A DNA stretch of 64,000 nt from Candidatus Kaiserbacteria bacterium (GTDB lineage Bacteria; Patescibacteriota; Minisyncoccia; Phycocordibacterales; UBA918). Each line of letters opens with the position of its first letter. Position 1 is the first letter of the stretch. The notes beneath the pieces were generated by a model. It had not been told where the DNA came from. It searched no databases and saw only the letters and a list, made by a program, of their open reading frames with translations. Of the stretch, positions 38,096 to 48,669 are shown one piece after another. The stretch spans positions 26,347 through 90,346 of the forward strand of contig JANPCG010000013.1 of the NCBI GenBank assembly GCA_031430855.1, in the 5' to 3' direction. The position numbers and the translations under genes were made by a program.

Positions 38096-39265
38096 TTATG
38101 GAAGGAACTGACTGAGCCACTCCAGGACTGATTTCTTGGTTTGTTTGACGACGCCAATAGCTGTTGTGTCAGCGCCATCGCTCGCGCCAATCATACAGAG
38201 ACCGTAGGCAACCGCCCAGGAGGCATCGCGAACCTTGGTATTTTTGCCAACCTCAAGAGTTGCAATTCGGGCTGGTAAATTAAGACTGGTGCGTGCTAAT
38301 TCTTGGATTCCAAGAGTAGTTGATCCTCCGCCCGTTAAAATAATTCCAGCGGGCAAGAGACCATCCTTTTTAATTTTTTTGAGATGGATATCAATGAGTT
38401 CAAAGATGTCTCCCAGGCGAGCATTAATGATTTCCTCAAGCTTTTTCTTGGGGTAGTTCGTGGTGGTCATATTGCCTCGCTTGATTTTCTCTGCTTCCTC
38501 TAACGGAATCTTGAGGCCGAGGGCGATATCGTTCGTGATATCGTTTGAGCCAATTGGGAAGACCTTAAGTGAAATGGGTGTCATATCTTCAAATACCACC
38601 ACGGAGACGGTTTCGGCGCCGATGTTGGCCATGATGCAGCCGGCACGTCTTTGTGTCTTTGAGAGGATCACATAACTCGCTGCTAAGGGCGAAGCCATCA
38701 CATCCTCGACATAAACTCCTGTTCGTTCAACTGCGCCAATGAGGTCGTTTAAGTGTTGTTCAAAGGTGGTAATAAACAACGTATCAACTTCAAGTTTTGT
38801 GCCGCGCATGCCTTGAGGCTTACCCATTACTTCTTCACCGTCAACGCGGTAGCGCAGGGGAATAGCATGAATAATTTTTCGATTTGGAATATGGTCAATG
38901 ATTCGTTCCTCACTATCATTAGCTGCTTTTTCAATATCAATTTGGGTAATTTCGGAATCAGCGCGCGAGGTAATTACTTCACCGGTTGAGACAATCTCAT
39001 CGAGACCAATACTCCCGATAGAGAGGTAAGCCTTTTTAACTAATACACCCGCCGCCTTCTCTGCTTGAGCCACGGCACTCCTGATACTGCGAATGACGTC
39101 CGTCTCGTTGATGATGTAGCCATTACGGAGCCCGCGACTCTCGGCGTATCCGGTGCCAATTATTTGAGGGAGACCACGTTCATCTCGTAATTTTGCCACA
39201 CGAACAATCGCTACCTTTACTTGGTAGGTGCCGACGTCAATTCCGGTGATGATGTGTTCTGACAT
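38096..39265 (-). CDS. ftsA: Cell division protein FtsA
   Basis: Actin-like ATPase with ITGIDVGT N-terminus, immediately upstream of ftsZ. Confidence 0.85.
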   Translation of the reverse strand: MSEHIITGIDVGTYQVKVAIVRVAKLRDERGLPQIIGTGYAESRGLRNGYIINETDVIRSIRSAVAQAEKAAGVLVKKAYLSIGSIGLDEIVSTGEVITSRADSEITQIDIEKAANDSEERIIDHIPNRKIIHAIPLRYRVDGEEVMGKPQGMRGTKLEVDTLFITTFEQHLNDLIGAVERTGVYVEDVMASPLAASYVILSKTQRRAGCIMANIGAETVSVVVFEDMTPISLKVFPIGSNDITNDIALGLKIPLEEAEKIKRGNMTTTNYPKKKLEEIINARLGDIFELIDIHLKKIKKDGLLPAGIILTGGGSTTLGIQELARTSLNLPARIATLEVGKNTKVRDASWAVAYGLCMIGASDGADTTAIGVVKQTKKSVLEWLSQFLP

Positions 39266-39283
39266 GGTGGTATTCGATGTATC

Positions 39284-39721
39284 TTATGTGACGTCATACT
39301 TATGTACAAACCGTTTTTCTAATCGTTCCATTTCGGGGCTGTGGTCATGGCCTTTAAGGTGCAAGAGACCATGAATATACAAAAACGCGATATATCCAGG
39401 TACCGAGAGGTTATATTCATGTGCCTCTTTAACTGCGATATTAGGGCAAATGACTATCTCACCAGTAGTTTCATCTAGTGGAAAAGAGAGGACGTTTGGA
39501 GTGTAGTCTTTTTTTCGATATGTCTGATTGAGTTTCTGGGCCCGGGTTGGTCCCACAAAGCTGAGAGAGAGGGTATAACGTTTACCTAGTATGTCATTTT
39601 TCATGGTCTCATAGGGCCAGGTGGGATAACTTTTAACGGTGTGAGATAAAGAAAAAGGTGGCATAGGGGACATGCGTATAGTACGTAGTATGTCACGTTT
39701 TATGACATAAGATAACCCCAC
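39284..39721 (-). CDS. ybeY: Endoribonuclease YbeY
   Basis: HGLLHLKGHDH metal-binding motif. Confidence 0.8.
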   Translation of the reverse strand: MGLSYVIKRDILRTIRMSPMPPFSLSHTVKSYPTWPYETMKNDILGKRYTLSLSFVGPTRAQKLNQTYRKKDYTPNVLSFPLDETTGEIVICPNIAVKEAHEYNLSVPGYIAFLYIHGLLHLKGHDHSPEMERLEKRFVHKYDVT

Positions 39722-39747
39722 TGCTGTGAGTGGGGTTATCTATGAGG

Positions 39748-39996
39748 TTAGCGTCGTGTGCCGCGAGTTTGTTCTTGAACTTTACCGAGTTTGAGAAGCT
39801 TTTCGTATGTCTCTTTCTTGGCAATTTTCTTGAGTTTCGCAAATCGTTGGACGTTGCTACTCTTGACTCGTTCATGGTACCGACCATCTCGGACTTTACG
39901 GATAATACCTGCTCCCTGCACACGCTTCTGGAAGCGTCGCATTACGTTTGCGCTACTCTCGTTGTTATTTTTTACGACTTCTACGTTTATTGCCAT
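39748..39996 (-). CDS. rpsU: 30S ribosomal protein S21
   Basis: MAINVEVVKNNNES...RRFQKRVQGAGI...KRK-rich tail. Start placed at MAINV. Confidence 0.75.
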   Translation of the reverse strand: MAINVEVVKNNNESSANVMRRFQKRVQGAGIIRKVRDGRYHERVKSSNVQRFAKLKKIAKKETYEKLLKLGKVQEQTRGTRR

Positions 39997-40038
39997 ATGT
40001 GGGCAAGATAGTATCATTTCCGCTCAAAAAACGCAACA

Positions 40039-40255
40039 AATTTCATTCAAAAACGCACTATCTACTTTGTTGGCTGTGCAATTATCACATTCACCGTATT
40101 TAAATACGGCTCAAGCTCAAATTGCTGGCCTTTCTTACAGGAACGGTCTACTCATTTGCTGCCTTGGCTGCGCTTTCAGCTGGCAGGCGGCTAAATGAGC
40201 CTTGCGCGAGCTAAACGCTCGCTCACTCGTATCTGGTGCGTTTTTGAATGAAATT
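40039..40255. repeat. MITE-like element with 20-bp perfect terminal inverted repeats, between hisS and rpsU
   Basis: Left TIR aatttcattcaaaaacgcac (40039-40058). Right TIR gtgcgtttttgaatgaaatt (40236-40255). The structured interior is flanked by AAATT on both sides. Confidence 0.4.
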
Positions 40256-40315
40256 AATTAATTTATCTCTATAAAAAACCACCCGAGCTATCGGGTGGTC
40301 TCTTTTGCTTCTATT

Positions 40316-41491
40316 TTACGCAGCAACCGGGGAGTTTTTCTTGAGTTTTCGGACCAGTTGATCGTGGGGGATGGGCTCTTGTTTGCGGGCGTCCATATCG
40401 CGCAGGATGACAGTGCCGTCAACAAACTCTTTTTGTCCGATAATGACGACGTATTTTACACCACGCTTTTCAGCATCACGTAGTTGGGCCGAGAGAGAAT
40501 CGTTCGCCAGGTCTTGGAAGACCGAGATGCCGGCTTTGCGCAATTCATCAATAATCATCAAGCTGCGGACCTTGGGGCCAAACCCGAGTTGAATAATGGA
40601 AACGGTTGGAGTTGAGAGCTTAAAGCGGGGAGTCCGAGCCGGAGCCTTCTGCTCACGCAAGATGGCGACAGCTCCGACTGCTGGAGTACGCTTACGCGTC
40701 TTTCGTTCGACAAAGGTATCAAAGCGCCCACCCCGGATTAAGAGTGCGTGTGGTTCAGTATCAACGTCGTGAGGGATATCGAGTGAAAAGAGTGCGTCCG
40801 AGTAGTATTCGTGATGACCGAGCATTTTTGGGTCAATTTCATACGGCGTCTCACTCATGTCGAGATATTCGATAATATCTCGAAAATGTTTTCGACTCTG
40901 ATCGCTCAGGTACTCGAGTGGGTTGGGGCTTTTAAAGGCGAGATCGTGTCCTTGCGTCACAAGGTCTTGGAGTGCAATGAGGGCATGCTGCTTCATCAGT
41001 TCGCGCGACGTGTCTGGCATCAGGTCGAGTCGTTTTCGGAGGAAATTTGTTAATTCACGACTGTATCGTACCATTGAGTCAGTGTCACCAAGTGAGTTAA
41101 TGCGGATGGTGTGATCAGTGTATCCAAGTTCGTTAGCGAGCGCCCGGCTGGTTTGAATCAGAATTGCTTCGGCGATACTTTTGCTGACATTAAAAATATG
41201 AAAAGCGACAGCGGTTTCACCGTTCTGGTCCGAAGTGTCGATTGAATATAGGAGTACCGGTCCACCAAGCGCGTGCAGTCTCTCGTCGCAGTATTGCGCC
41301 AGGCCGCGTGTCATCAGTCCTTGGACGGCGTCAAGTTCATTGTCAGCCTCAATGATGGAGTGTGGCAAAGAGGTGGTGCAGTCTTTACATAATGGATCTT
41401 TACGTAATGCCTCTACGGTTTTGAAACCAAAGTGTTCGGCGGTATGGGCCGCAATTCTTAAAAATTCTGTTGGACTACATTCGGTACGCAT
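40316..41491 (-). CDS. hisS: Class-II aaRS HisS-family protein (histidine--tRNA ligase-like) with divergent N-terminus
   Basis: Motif-3-like LLIRGGRFDTF and a class-IIa anticodon-binding domain (KYVVIIGQKE). The N-terminal motifs are atypical. Confidence 0.55.
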   Translation of the reverse strand: MRTECSPTEFLRIAAHTAEHFGFKTVEALRKDPLCKDCTTSLPHSIIEADNELDAVQGLMTRGLAQYCDERLHALGGPVLLYSIDTSDQNGETAVAFHIFNVSKSIAEAILIQTSRALANELGYTDHTIRINSLGDTDSMVRYSRELTNFLRKRLDLMPDTSRELMKQHALIALQDLVTQGHDLAFKSPNPLEYLSDQSRKHFRDIIEYLDMSETPYEIDPKMLGHHEYYSDALFSLDIPHDVDTEPHALLIRGGRFDTFVERKTRKRTPAVGAVAILREQKAPARTPRFKLSTPTVSIIQLGFGPKVRSLMIIDELRKAGISVFQDLANDSLSAQLRDAEKRGVKYVVIIGQKEFVDGTVILRDMDARKQEPIPHDQLVRKLKKNSPVAA

Positions 41492-41503
41492 AGTGTTGGT
41501 GAC

Positions 41504-42157
41504 TTATGGTGAACTAGTAATCACGGCTGGTGTGGTAACTCCAGGGAGGTAGTCAAATTCTTTGGGAGGGAAAAGTCGGACATACGCGCGGCCAACAATT
41601 CGATCTTCTTGGAGGACTCCCCACACGCGCGAATCAGAACTCTGGTCTCGGTTATCACCCATCACGAAGTACTCGCGTTCTCCTAATTTTTCGGTAATGG
41701 TTGGTCCGGGGGTCATTTTGGCAATGTATGGCTCATCGAGGATAAACCCGTTAGGGTAAGTGGCGTTCGTGATGCGGACGGTGTTGCCTTCAATTGATAT
41801 AGTGTCTCCTGGTACCCCGATTACTCGTTTAATAAAAAACTTTGATGGGTCTTTGGGATAGCGGAATACAATTACTTCACCACGTTTCGCGGTGCGTGCG
41901 TGGTAGGTCAGTTGATCAACAATTAAATATTCTCCAGTGTGGAAGGTTTGTTCCATCGAAGCACCGGAAACGATAAATGGCTGTGCTACAAACATTCGAA
42001 TCGGCACGACGATAATGAGCGCAATGAGTGAAAATCGTAGTATTTCAATCAAGGGGTTTTCTGAGTAGACTGTCTGAGTCAAAGTCGTTTCTCCGTTCGT
42101 TTCGCTGATGACATTTTCATCGTGCTGCTGATTTTTTCGAGAAGAGAACAAATTCAT
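41504..42157 (-). CDS. lepB: Signal peptidase I
   Basis: GASMEQTF (SGSMxPTL box B) and GDNRDQSSDSR (box E). Confidence 0.8.
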   Translation of the reverse strand: MNLFSSRKNQQHDENVISETNGETTLTQTVYSENPLIEILRFSLIALIIVVPIRMFVAQPFIVSGASMEQTFHTGEYLIVDQLTYHARTAKRGEVIVFRYPKDPSKFFIKRVIGVPGDTISIEGNTVRITNATYPNGFILDEPYIAKMTPGPTITEKLGEREYFVMGDNRDQSSDSRVWGVLQEDRIVGRAYVRLFPPKEFDYLPGVTTPAVITSSP

Positions 42158-42274
42158 AACGTGAAATTTTTACTAGTATACGTGATAAAAATATGCGACG
42201 CAAACTTGCGCCACTCACCATATAAAATTATTTTGTATACAGTACGCGTCCCATAATTGTGGTATGCTTTTTCT

Positions 42275-42871
42275 ATGTACTACATCGTTGGTTTAGGAAA
42301 TCCGGGCGAGCAATATGCTCACACGCGACATAATATTGGCTGGCTTGTCCTCGACGATTTCAGTAAAAAAAATAATCTGCCTCACGCCATTGCTGCTCGT
42401 CATGTGAGTGGTCGAGTTGCAGAAGGAAATGTAGCTGGTGTACCAATCACTCTGTTATATCCAGATACGTTTATGAATCATTCCGGTACCGCAGTGCGCA
42501 AATTAGTGCCAAAAGGTGCTGAAGCGACCCTGGTGGTGGTGTGTGATGATGTTGATATTCCCTTAGGCGAGGTAAAAATCTCATTCGGACGGGGAAGTAG
42601 TGGACATAATGGTGTCACCTCAATTATCAACAGTATTGGTACCAAAGATTTCATTCGCGTGCGCATTGGTATTGCAAAATCAGGTATTTGGCCGTGGGAT
42701 AAGGGAGAAATTAAACGACCGAAAGGTGGTGCTGCCTTAGAGCGCCATGTGTTGGGTGTCTTTTCACGACGTGAAGACGAAGTACTTTCAGGCGTGCTTA
42801 CTACAGGTACGGCCGCGCTCAAAACAATTATTGAAGGAGGCTATGTTCTGGCTATGAATCAGTACAACTAA
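42275..42871 (+). CDS. pth: Peptidyl-tRNA hydrolase
   Basis: MYYIVGLGNPGEQYAHTRHNIGW. Confidence 0.85.
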   Translation: MYYIVGLGNPGEQYAHTRHNIGWLVLDDFSKKNNLPHAIAARHVSGRVAEGNVAGVPITLLYPDTFMNHSGTAVRKLVPKGAEATLVVVCDDVDIPLGEVKISFGRGSSGHNGVTSIINSIGTKDFIRVRIGIAKSGIWPWDKGEIKRPKGGAALERHVLGVFSRREDEVLSGVLTTGTAALKTIIEGGYVLAMNQYN

Positions 42872-42885
42872 GATTTTTTGATACA

Positions 42886-42918
42886 AAAAAAGACCCCGCG
42901 TGCGGGGTCTTTTTTGTT
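42886..42918. terminator. Bidirectional terminator between pth and rpsA
   Basis: aaaaaaagaccccgc-gtg-cggggtcttttttg. Confidence 0.6.
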
Positions 42919-42920
42919 GG

Positions 42921-44015
42921 TTATTTTACCGGATTGGCTTCTTTGAATGAGAGAGTCATTCGTTGTTCAGTTGGTTCAAAGAGTGAAATCTTGAATTGGT
43001 ATACATTACCAAGCGAAAGCGCTGCTTTCATCTTTTCCTCAGTTTCAAACTCAGAGATGTGGACGAGTCCAGCAACCCCTTCTTGAATAGATGCAAGGGC
43101 GCCGTGCTTGTTGTACTTAATTACAACACCTGGTACGACCTGATCCTTCTTGAATTTACCTGAGGCTTCGGTCCATGGATTCTCACGGAGTTGTTTGATG
43201 GAAAGTGAAATCTTATCGTCTTTTACTTCGATTACTTTCACTTTTACCTTGTCACCAACTTTGTAGAGGGCGCGGGTGTCTTCTACTAAGCCCCAATCGA
43301 GCTCAGAGATGTGGACGAGTCCTTCAAGACCTTGTTCAATTTTCACGAAGATTCCGAAGTCAACCGCACCGGTTACTTCACCGTTTAAGACGGCCCCAAC
43401 TTCGTACTTACCAACTTTTACCTCCTTCTCTTCTTTTTCTTGTGGTCCCTTTTCAGAGAAGATAAGTTTGTGCTCCTTTTGGTCAGCTGTGATAATGACG
43501 ACACTTAAGTGTTTGCCGATGAGGGAGTTAAGCGCAGAGAGGATTTTATCCTTATCGCCATTATCAACGCGTGGGTAATTGTCACTACCGAGCTGTGACG
43601 CTGGGAGGAAGCCTTGGATACCCTGCCATTCAATGATAAGCCCACCTTTGTTGGCTTCTTTAACTTCGAGACTGAGGATGGTGCCTTTTTTGGCTGCCTC
43701 TTCAGCATCAGCCCAAATCAGCGCTTGGCGGGCTTCCTTGAGTGATAATTCGATGTACCCATCTTCGTTCGTTACGTCAACGACTTTGGCTGCAATCGTG
43801 TCTCCAACACTGACTTTTCGCAGAATATCGCGGGCATTCATGTATTCACGACCGAAAATGAGACCAGTACCAAATGGTGCGAGCTCTACATAGACGCGGG
43901 CGCGGCCAATGGCTGATACCGTTCCTTCTACTAATGATCCTTCTTTAGGGGCGTCTGGAATGGTGGCTGACAGGGTCGCCATTATTCCGGTACCGACAAC
44001 AGTTTCTTCAGACAT
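42921..44015 (-). CDS. rpsA: 30S ribosomal protein S1 (four S1 domains)
   Basis: Repeated S1 OB-fold motifs (G.V.G.V..I..FG.FV). Confidence 0.85.
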   Translation of the reverse strand: MSEETVVGTGIMATLSATIPDAPKEGSLVEGTVSAIGRARVYVELAPFGTGLIFGREYMNARDILRKVSVGDTIAAKVVDVTNEDGYIELSLKEARQALIWADAEEAAKKGTILSLEVKEANKGGLIIEWQGIQGFLPASQLGSDNYPRVDNGDKDKILSALNSLIGKHLSVVIITADQKEHKLIFSEKGPQEKEEKEVKVGKYEVGAVLNGEVTGAVDFGIFVKIEQGLEGLVHISELDWGLVEDTRALYKVGDKVKVKVIEVKDDKISLSIKQLRENPWTEASGKFKKDQVVPGVVIKYNKHGALASIQEGVAGLVHISEFETEEKMKAALSLGNVYQFKISLFEPTEQRMTLSFKEANPVK

Positions 44016-44153
44016 ATTCTATATATGTGTTTATTCCGACGACACGCGTCTGGACAACCGTTTCGCAATTCATCCACCAGGTGGATGAGGGCCGTTGTTC
44101 ATGAGTCCAGGGTTAACGTGTGCCGCTAGGAAACTAATAATCTTCTTACGAAG

Positions 44154-44867
44154 TTGGGGAATAATAGTATAGAAAAGGGTATGTGTCCAGTGTTTGAAGT
44201 TGGCTTTTCAATATTCAATATTCTCTATTCCGTGTATACTACTCACATTATGGTAATCACACATCACGGTGGGCAGGCATTTCGGGTTTCCTTTGGAAAC
44301 ACCACTTTGGCCTTTGACCCAGTCAGTAAGTCATCAAAATTAGCTTCTACGAAATTCGGTTCAGATGTGGCTTTTATTTCAATGAATCACCCCGATTTTA
44401 ATGGCGCTGATCAGGTGGCGTTGGGGAATAAACAGCCCTTTGTAGTCTCTGGCCCGGGAGAATATGAAATTGGTGATGTGGTCGCGCGTGGCTATGGAGT
44501 AAAAACAACGTACGACAAGGTTGAACGTTATAACACGATTTATCAGGTGAAACTCGAGGATATGAATCTTGTATTTTTAGGCGCCCTCAGTACACCGGAA
44601 ATTGACCCCAAGATCCTCGGTGAATTTGGCGACGTAGATGTGTTGTTTGTGCCGGTTGGAGGAGGAGACGTCCTTGAGGTCCCGCAGGCAGCTAAATTAG
44701 CCCTTAAGCTTGAGGCTAAGTTAATTATCCCGATGCATTACGACAAGACCTCCCTCACGGCTTTTTTGAAAGAAATGGGAAGTACTGTGAGTCCAGTTGA
44801 CAAGCTGACCTTGAAGAAAAAAGATGTAAATGAAATGGAGGGTGACGTGATGGTGTTATCGGTGTAA
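44154..44867 (+). CDS. MBL-fold metallo-hydrolase
   Basis: HHGGQAF... beta-lactamase-fold pattern. Alternative start MVITHHG at 44253. Confidence 0.6.
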   Translation: MGNNSIEKGMCPVFEVGFSIFNILYSVYTTHIMVITHHGGQAFRVSFGNTTLAFDPVSKSSKLASTKFGSDVAFISMNHPDFNGADQVALGNKQPFVVSGPGEYEIGDVVARGYGVKTTYDKVERYNTIYQVKLEDMNLVFLGALSTPEIDPKILGEFGDVDVLFVPVGGGDVLEVPQAAKLALKLEAKLIIPMHYDKTSLTAFLKEMGSTVSPVDKLTLKKKDVNEMEGDVMVLSV

Positions 44868-44875
44868 GTAATTTT

Positions 44876-45319
44876 TTGGGCGTCTTAATTATGTTATTTC
44901 AAACGCTCGATGTCATTCGCCAAAAATCAAAACCAGTTCGTGATCAATACGCATTATTATTTGCGGTTGTCAGTACGCTCGTGATTGGTGGGGTGTGGTC
45001 ATTGTCCTTGCCGTCAAAATTGCAGTCTACCGATATTGCAGCGGTCGCCGGGGCGAGTACCACCGCCCCTTTTGGTGGTATCTGGGCTGAGTTTCGTTCG
45101 AAATTTACCCCACCACCGATTACTCTCGAAGGAGTAATGCTAGCGACTACGAGCGCCACGGGTACCAATACTGCTATTAACTTCCAACTCAGTCCCGAGA
45201 ACGTTGCGTCGGTTAATGCCTCGAGTACTCCGTATTTCTCCCCTGAACTAGAAAATCTCCCCGTTACCATTCTGATAGGCACAACATCGACTGAGCGCGT
45301 CTCAACAAGTACTCCCTAA
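44876..45319 (+). CDS. Hypothetical membrane-anchored protein
   Basis: ORF with one TM segment and a Thr/Ser-rich tail. Confidence 0.35.
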   Translation: MGVLIMLFQTLDVIRQKSKPVRDQYALLFAVVSTLVIGGVWSLSLPSKLQSTDIAAVAGASTTAPFGGIWAEFRSKFTPPPITLEGVMLATTSATGTNTAINFQLSPENVASVNASSTPYFSPELENLPVTILIGTTSTERVSTSTP

Positions 45320-45366
45320 TGTGGTATACTAGCGCCATTATTTAAAGGTAACTCGTAATTTCAGTT

Positions 45367-47850
45367 ATGCCGAAGAAGACCATCGCCCCCGAAGCTATCC
45401 CTTTGCCTGAGCGGGGTATTGTTGCCCAAAGTATCACCTCCGAAATGGAGTCGTCATACCTCGACTACGCGATGTCGGTAATTACGCAACGAGCGCTGCC
45501 TGATATTCGTGATGGATTAAAGCCAGTACACCGACGTATTTTATATTCGATGCGGTTAAACGGACTTAATGCTGGTGGTAAATTCAAAAAATCAGCAACC
45601 GTCGTAGGAGATGTGCTCGGTAACTTTCACCCGCATGGAGACGCCGCTGTGTATGAATCGATGGTAAAATTGGTGCAACCATTTGCAACGCGTTACCCTC
45701 TCGTGTTAGGGCAAGGAAACTTTGGGTCAATTGATGGAGACTCGGCCGCGGCGTACCGATACACCGAAGCCAAGATGTCACGCTTGGCCGAAGAAATGTT
45801 GCGTGATCTCGAGAAAGATACGGTTGATTGGAGACCTAACTTTGACGGCAGTAAACAAGAACCGATTGTATTGCCAGCTGCTGTCCCGAACCTCTTATTG
45901 ATGGGAACTTTAGGTATTGCAGTTGGGATGGCGACGAATATTCCACCGCATAACTTGCGTGAAATATCTGCTGCCGTGGAATATTTGATTGATAATCCTG
46001 GAGCTACGACGGATGATTTGCTTAAGTTTGTAAAAGGTCCTGATTTTCCACTAGGCGCCGTTGCCTTTAATCAGAAAGATATCCAGCATGCCTATACCCA
46101 CGGACGTGGCGGTGTGGTCGTGCGGGGGGAGGCCGAAATCGTTGAAGACAAAAAAGGAGCATTTTCTATTATTATTACCTCGATTCCATTCCGGGTGAAC
46201 AAGGCCGACATGCAAGAGAAAATTGCAGATCTCGTGCGTGATAAAAAGATTGAAGGTATCCGTGAGATGCGTGACGAATCAACGAATGATATTCGCGTGG
46301 TGATTGACCTGAAATCAGGCGCTCAGCCACAGACCATTTTAAATAAACTCTACAAACATACGCAGCTCGAGGACACTTTCCATTACAACATGGTGGCACT
46401 GGTTGACGGTGTGCCGCAGACGGTCTCGCTCAAGCTGATTCTTGAAGAGTACGTGAAGCACCGGGCTGAAGTCGTGCGTCGTCGCACCCAATATGATTTA
46501 ACAAAGGCGCAAGACCGCGAACATATTTTGCTTGGTCTCAAAAAAGCACTTGACCACATTGATGCAATTATAAAACTTATTCGGGCCTCGAAAGATGTGC
46601 CTACCGCCCATGCTGCCTTGATGAAAGAATTTAAATTCTCGGCTATTCAGGCGCAGGCGATTTTGGATATGCGCTTGCAAAAGCTCGCTGGTCTTGAACG
46701 TAAAAAAATCGAAGACGAATTAGCTGAGGTCCAGAAGTTAATCAAGGCGCTTGAAGCCATTCTCAAGAGTAAGGCGAAGATGTTGGCGCTCGTGAAGTCA
46801 GAACTGATGGAGATTGCGGAGAAATTCGGTGATGATAGACGTACCAAAATTGTGAAAGGGGGAGTAAAAATGATGAGTCAAGAAGACTTGATTCCCGATG
46901 ATGAGAGTGTGTTGGTGTTAACTGCCGGCGGCTACGTCAAGCGAACGAATCCGGACGAATATCGGACCCAGAAACGAGGCGGAGTCGGCGTGATTGACCT
47001 CAATACCAAAGAAGAAGACGTGGTGACAAGTTTGATTACTACCTCAGCCCATAGTGACCTCCTCTTCTTTACCGATAAAGGTAAGGTCTATCAGAGCAAG
47101 ATGTATGAAATACCTGAAGGTCGTCGGGCGACCAAGGGTAAGTCCATCATGAATTTCCTCAGTATGAGTGCCGAAGAGCGCGTTACCTCAGTATTAGCGG
47201 TACGGAAAGAAGAGTGGACAGGAGAATGGAGTCTTATGATGGTGACAAAAAATGGTATTGCAAAGAAATCAGATGCCGCTGCGTTTAAAGACGTGCGCCG
47301 CAGTGGACTCATTGCTATTACGCTGCGAGATGATGATTCGCTCATTACTGCTATGTTTGTCGGCAAGGGTGACGAAGCGTCTCTGGTTACTAAGAAAGGA
47401 CAGGCGATTCGCTTTAAAGAGAGTGACGTTCGTGAAATGGGTCGGACTGCAAGTGGTGTGGCGGCGATGAAACTCGGTAAGGGTGATTGTATTGTTTCTG
47501 CTGATGTTATAAAGAAGGGCGCTAAAGATATGGAGATTCTCGTGGTGACCGAACATGGGTATGGAAAGACGACGCCCGTTAAAGAGTACAAAGTGCAGAA
47601 GCGTGGCGGGTCCGGCATCAAAACGGCAAAAGTAACTGATAAAACCGGCACTATCGTCGGAGCTAACGTGATTGGTGGCGAGGAGCGAACGGAAGGTGAG
47701 CTCGTGATTATGAGTAAGAAAGGGCAGGTAATTAAATTACCGCTTAAGGACGTTCCAACATTAGGTCGTCAGACCCAAGGAGTCCGAGTAATGAAGATGC
47801 GGGCGGGGGATTCTATTGCCTCCATTGTCTTCGTAGCAGCACAAAGCTAA
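45367..47850 (+). CDS. gyrA: DNA gyrase subunit A
   Basis: [12 protein letters not shown] active-site Tyr region. C-terminal beta-pinwheel repeats. Confidence 0.9.
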   Translation: MPKKTIAPEAIPLPERGIVAQSITSEMESSYLDYAMSVITQRALPDIRDGLKPVHRRILYSMRLNGLNAGGKFKKSATVVGDVLGNFHPHGDAAVYESMVKLVQPFATRYPLVLGQGNFGSIDGDSAAAYRYTEAKMSRLAEEMLRDLEKDTVDWRPNFDGSKQEPIVLPAAVPNLLLMGTLGIAVGMATNIPPHNLREISAAVEYLIDNPGATTDDLLKFVKGPDFPLGAVAFNQKDIQHAYTHGRGGVVVRGEAEIVEDKKGAFSIIITSIPFRVNKADMQEKIADLVRDKKIEGIREMRDESTNDIRVVIDLKSGAQPQTILNKLYKHTQLEDTFHYNMVALVDGVPQTVSLKLILEEYVKHRAEVVRRRTQYDLTKAQDREHILLGLKKALDHIDAIIKLIRASKDVPTAHAALMKEFKFSAIQAQAILDMRLQKLAGLERKKIEDELAEVQKLIKALEAILKSKAKMLALVKSELMEIAEKFGDDRRTKIVKGGVKMMSQEDLIPDDESVLVLTAGGYVKRTNPDEYRTQKRGGVGVIDLNTKEEDVVTSLITTSAHSDLLFFTDKGKVYQSKMYEIPEGRRATKGKSIMNFLSMSAEERVTSVLAVRKEEWTGEWSLMMVTKNGIAKKSDAAAFKDVRRSGLIAITLRDDDSLITAMFVGKGDEASLVTKKGQAIRFKESDVREMGRTASGVAAMKLGKGDCIVSADVIKKGAKDMEILVVTEHGYGKTTPVKEYKVQKRGGSGIKTAKVTDKTGTIVGANVIGGEERTEGELVIMSKKGQVIKLPLKDVPTLGRQTQGVRVMKMRAGDSIASIVFVAAQS

Positions 47851-48120
47851 ACTATTCCAAAAACGGCCAGCTTCGTTGTTGACTTCGTCACTCAGATGCT
47901 CACCGTACAAAAAGTACGACTCGCCTCTTCGTAACTCGTCGCCTAGAATCTGACTCGTTTTAGAAATAGTTAAAAACTCACATTCTTTGTCTTTCAAGAC
48001 AATTAACTCACTATGAACATCATCATCCTGCAAGGCTTAGTGCCTGCAGGATGATGATGTTTTAGGGCTCTGCACAGCGATTTGCGTACATTTTCTGAAT
48101 CTACGATATAATAAAGACGT

Positions 48121-48669
48121 ATGACAGTAACTACCCGGAGCCGTTTTGCAGTACCTGAATTAATCGTGAGTCATTTTCATGTTCGTGATGGAGATTTGGT
48201 AGCAGATTTTGGCGCTGGGGCCGGTGAATATGTCCCACACTTGGTTAAAAAAGTTGGACCCCGCGGACGGGTGTATGCGTGCGAAATACAACGAACCTTG
48301 GTAGATAAAATTGGCACCTTAATTCGAGAAAAAGGCTACCATAATGTTGATCCTCTTTGGTGTGATATCGAAGCTGACCGGGGAATAAAAATTGCCGACG
48401 AGACACTCGATGTGGCGATTCTAGTAAATACTTTATTTCAACTTGAACAAAAAGAAAAAGCTATCCAGGAAAAAAGACGGACCCTGCGGACTGGTGGTGT
48501 AATCTACGTCGTTGATTGGGAGGAGTCTTTTGGGGGCGTTGGTCCCCATCCAAATTGTGTGGTTTGTAAACAAGTCGCTATCAATCTTTTTGAATCCTGC
48601 GGTTTTGTGCTTGAGCGTGAATACCCGGCGGGTGAATATCATTATGGGCTAGCCTTTCGGGTTATATGA
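48121..48669 (+). CDS. Class I SAM-dependent methyltransferase
   Basis: Motif I LVADFGAGAGEY. Confidence 0.7.
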   Translation: MTVTTRSRFAVPELIVSHFHVRDGDLVADFGAGAGEYVPHLVKKVGPRGRVYACEIQRTLVDKIGTLIREKGYHNVDPLWCDIEADRGIKIADETLDVAILVNTLFQLEQKEKAIQEKRRTLRTGGVIYVVDWEESFGGVGPHPNCVVCKQVAINLFESCGFVLEREYPAGEYHYGLAFRVI

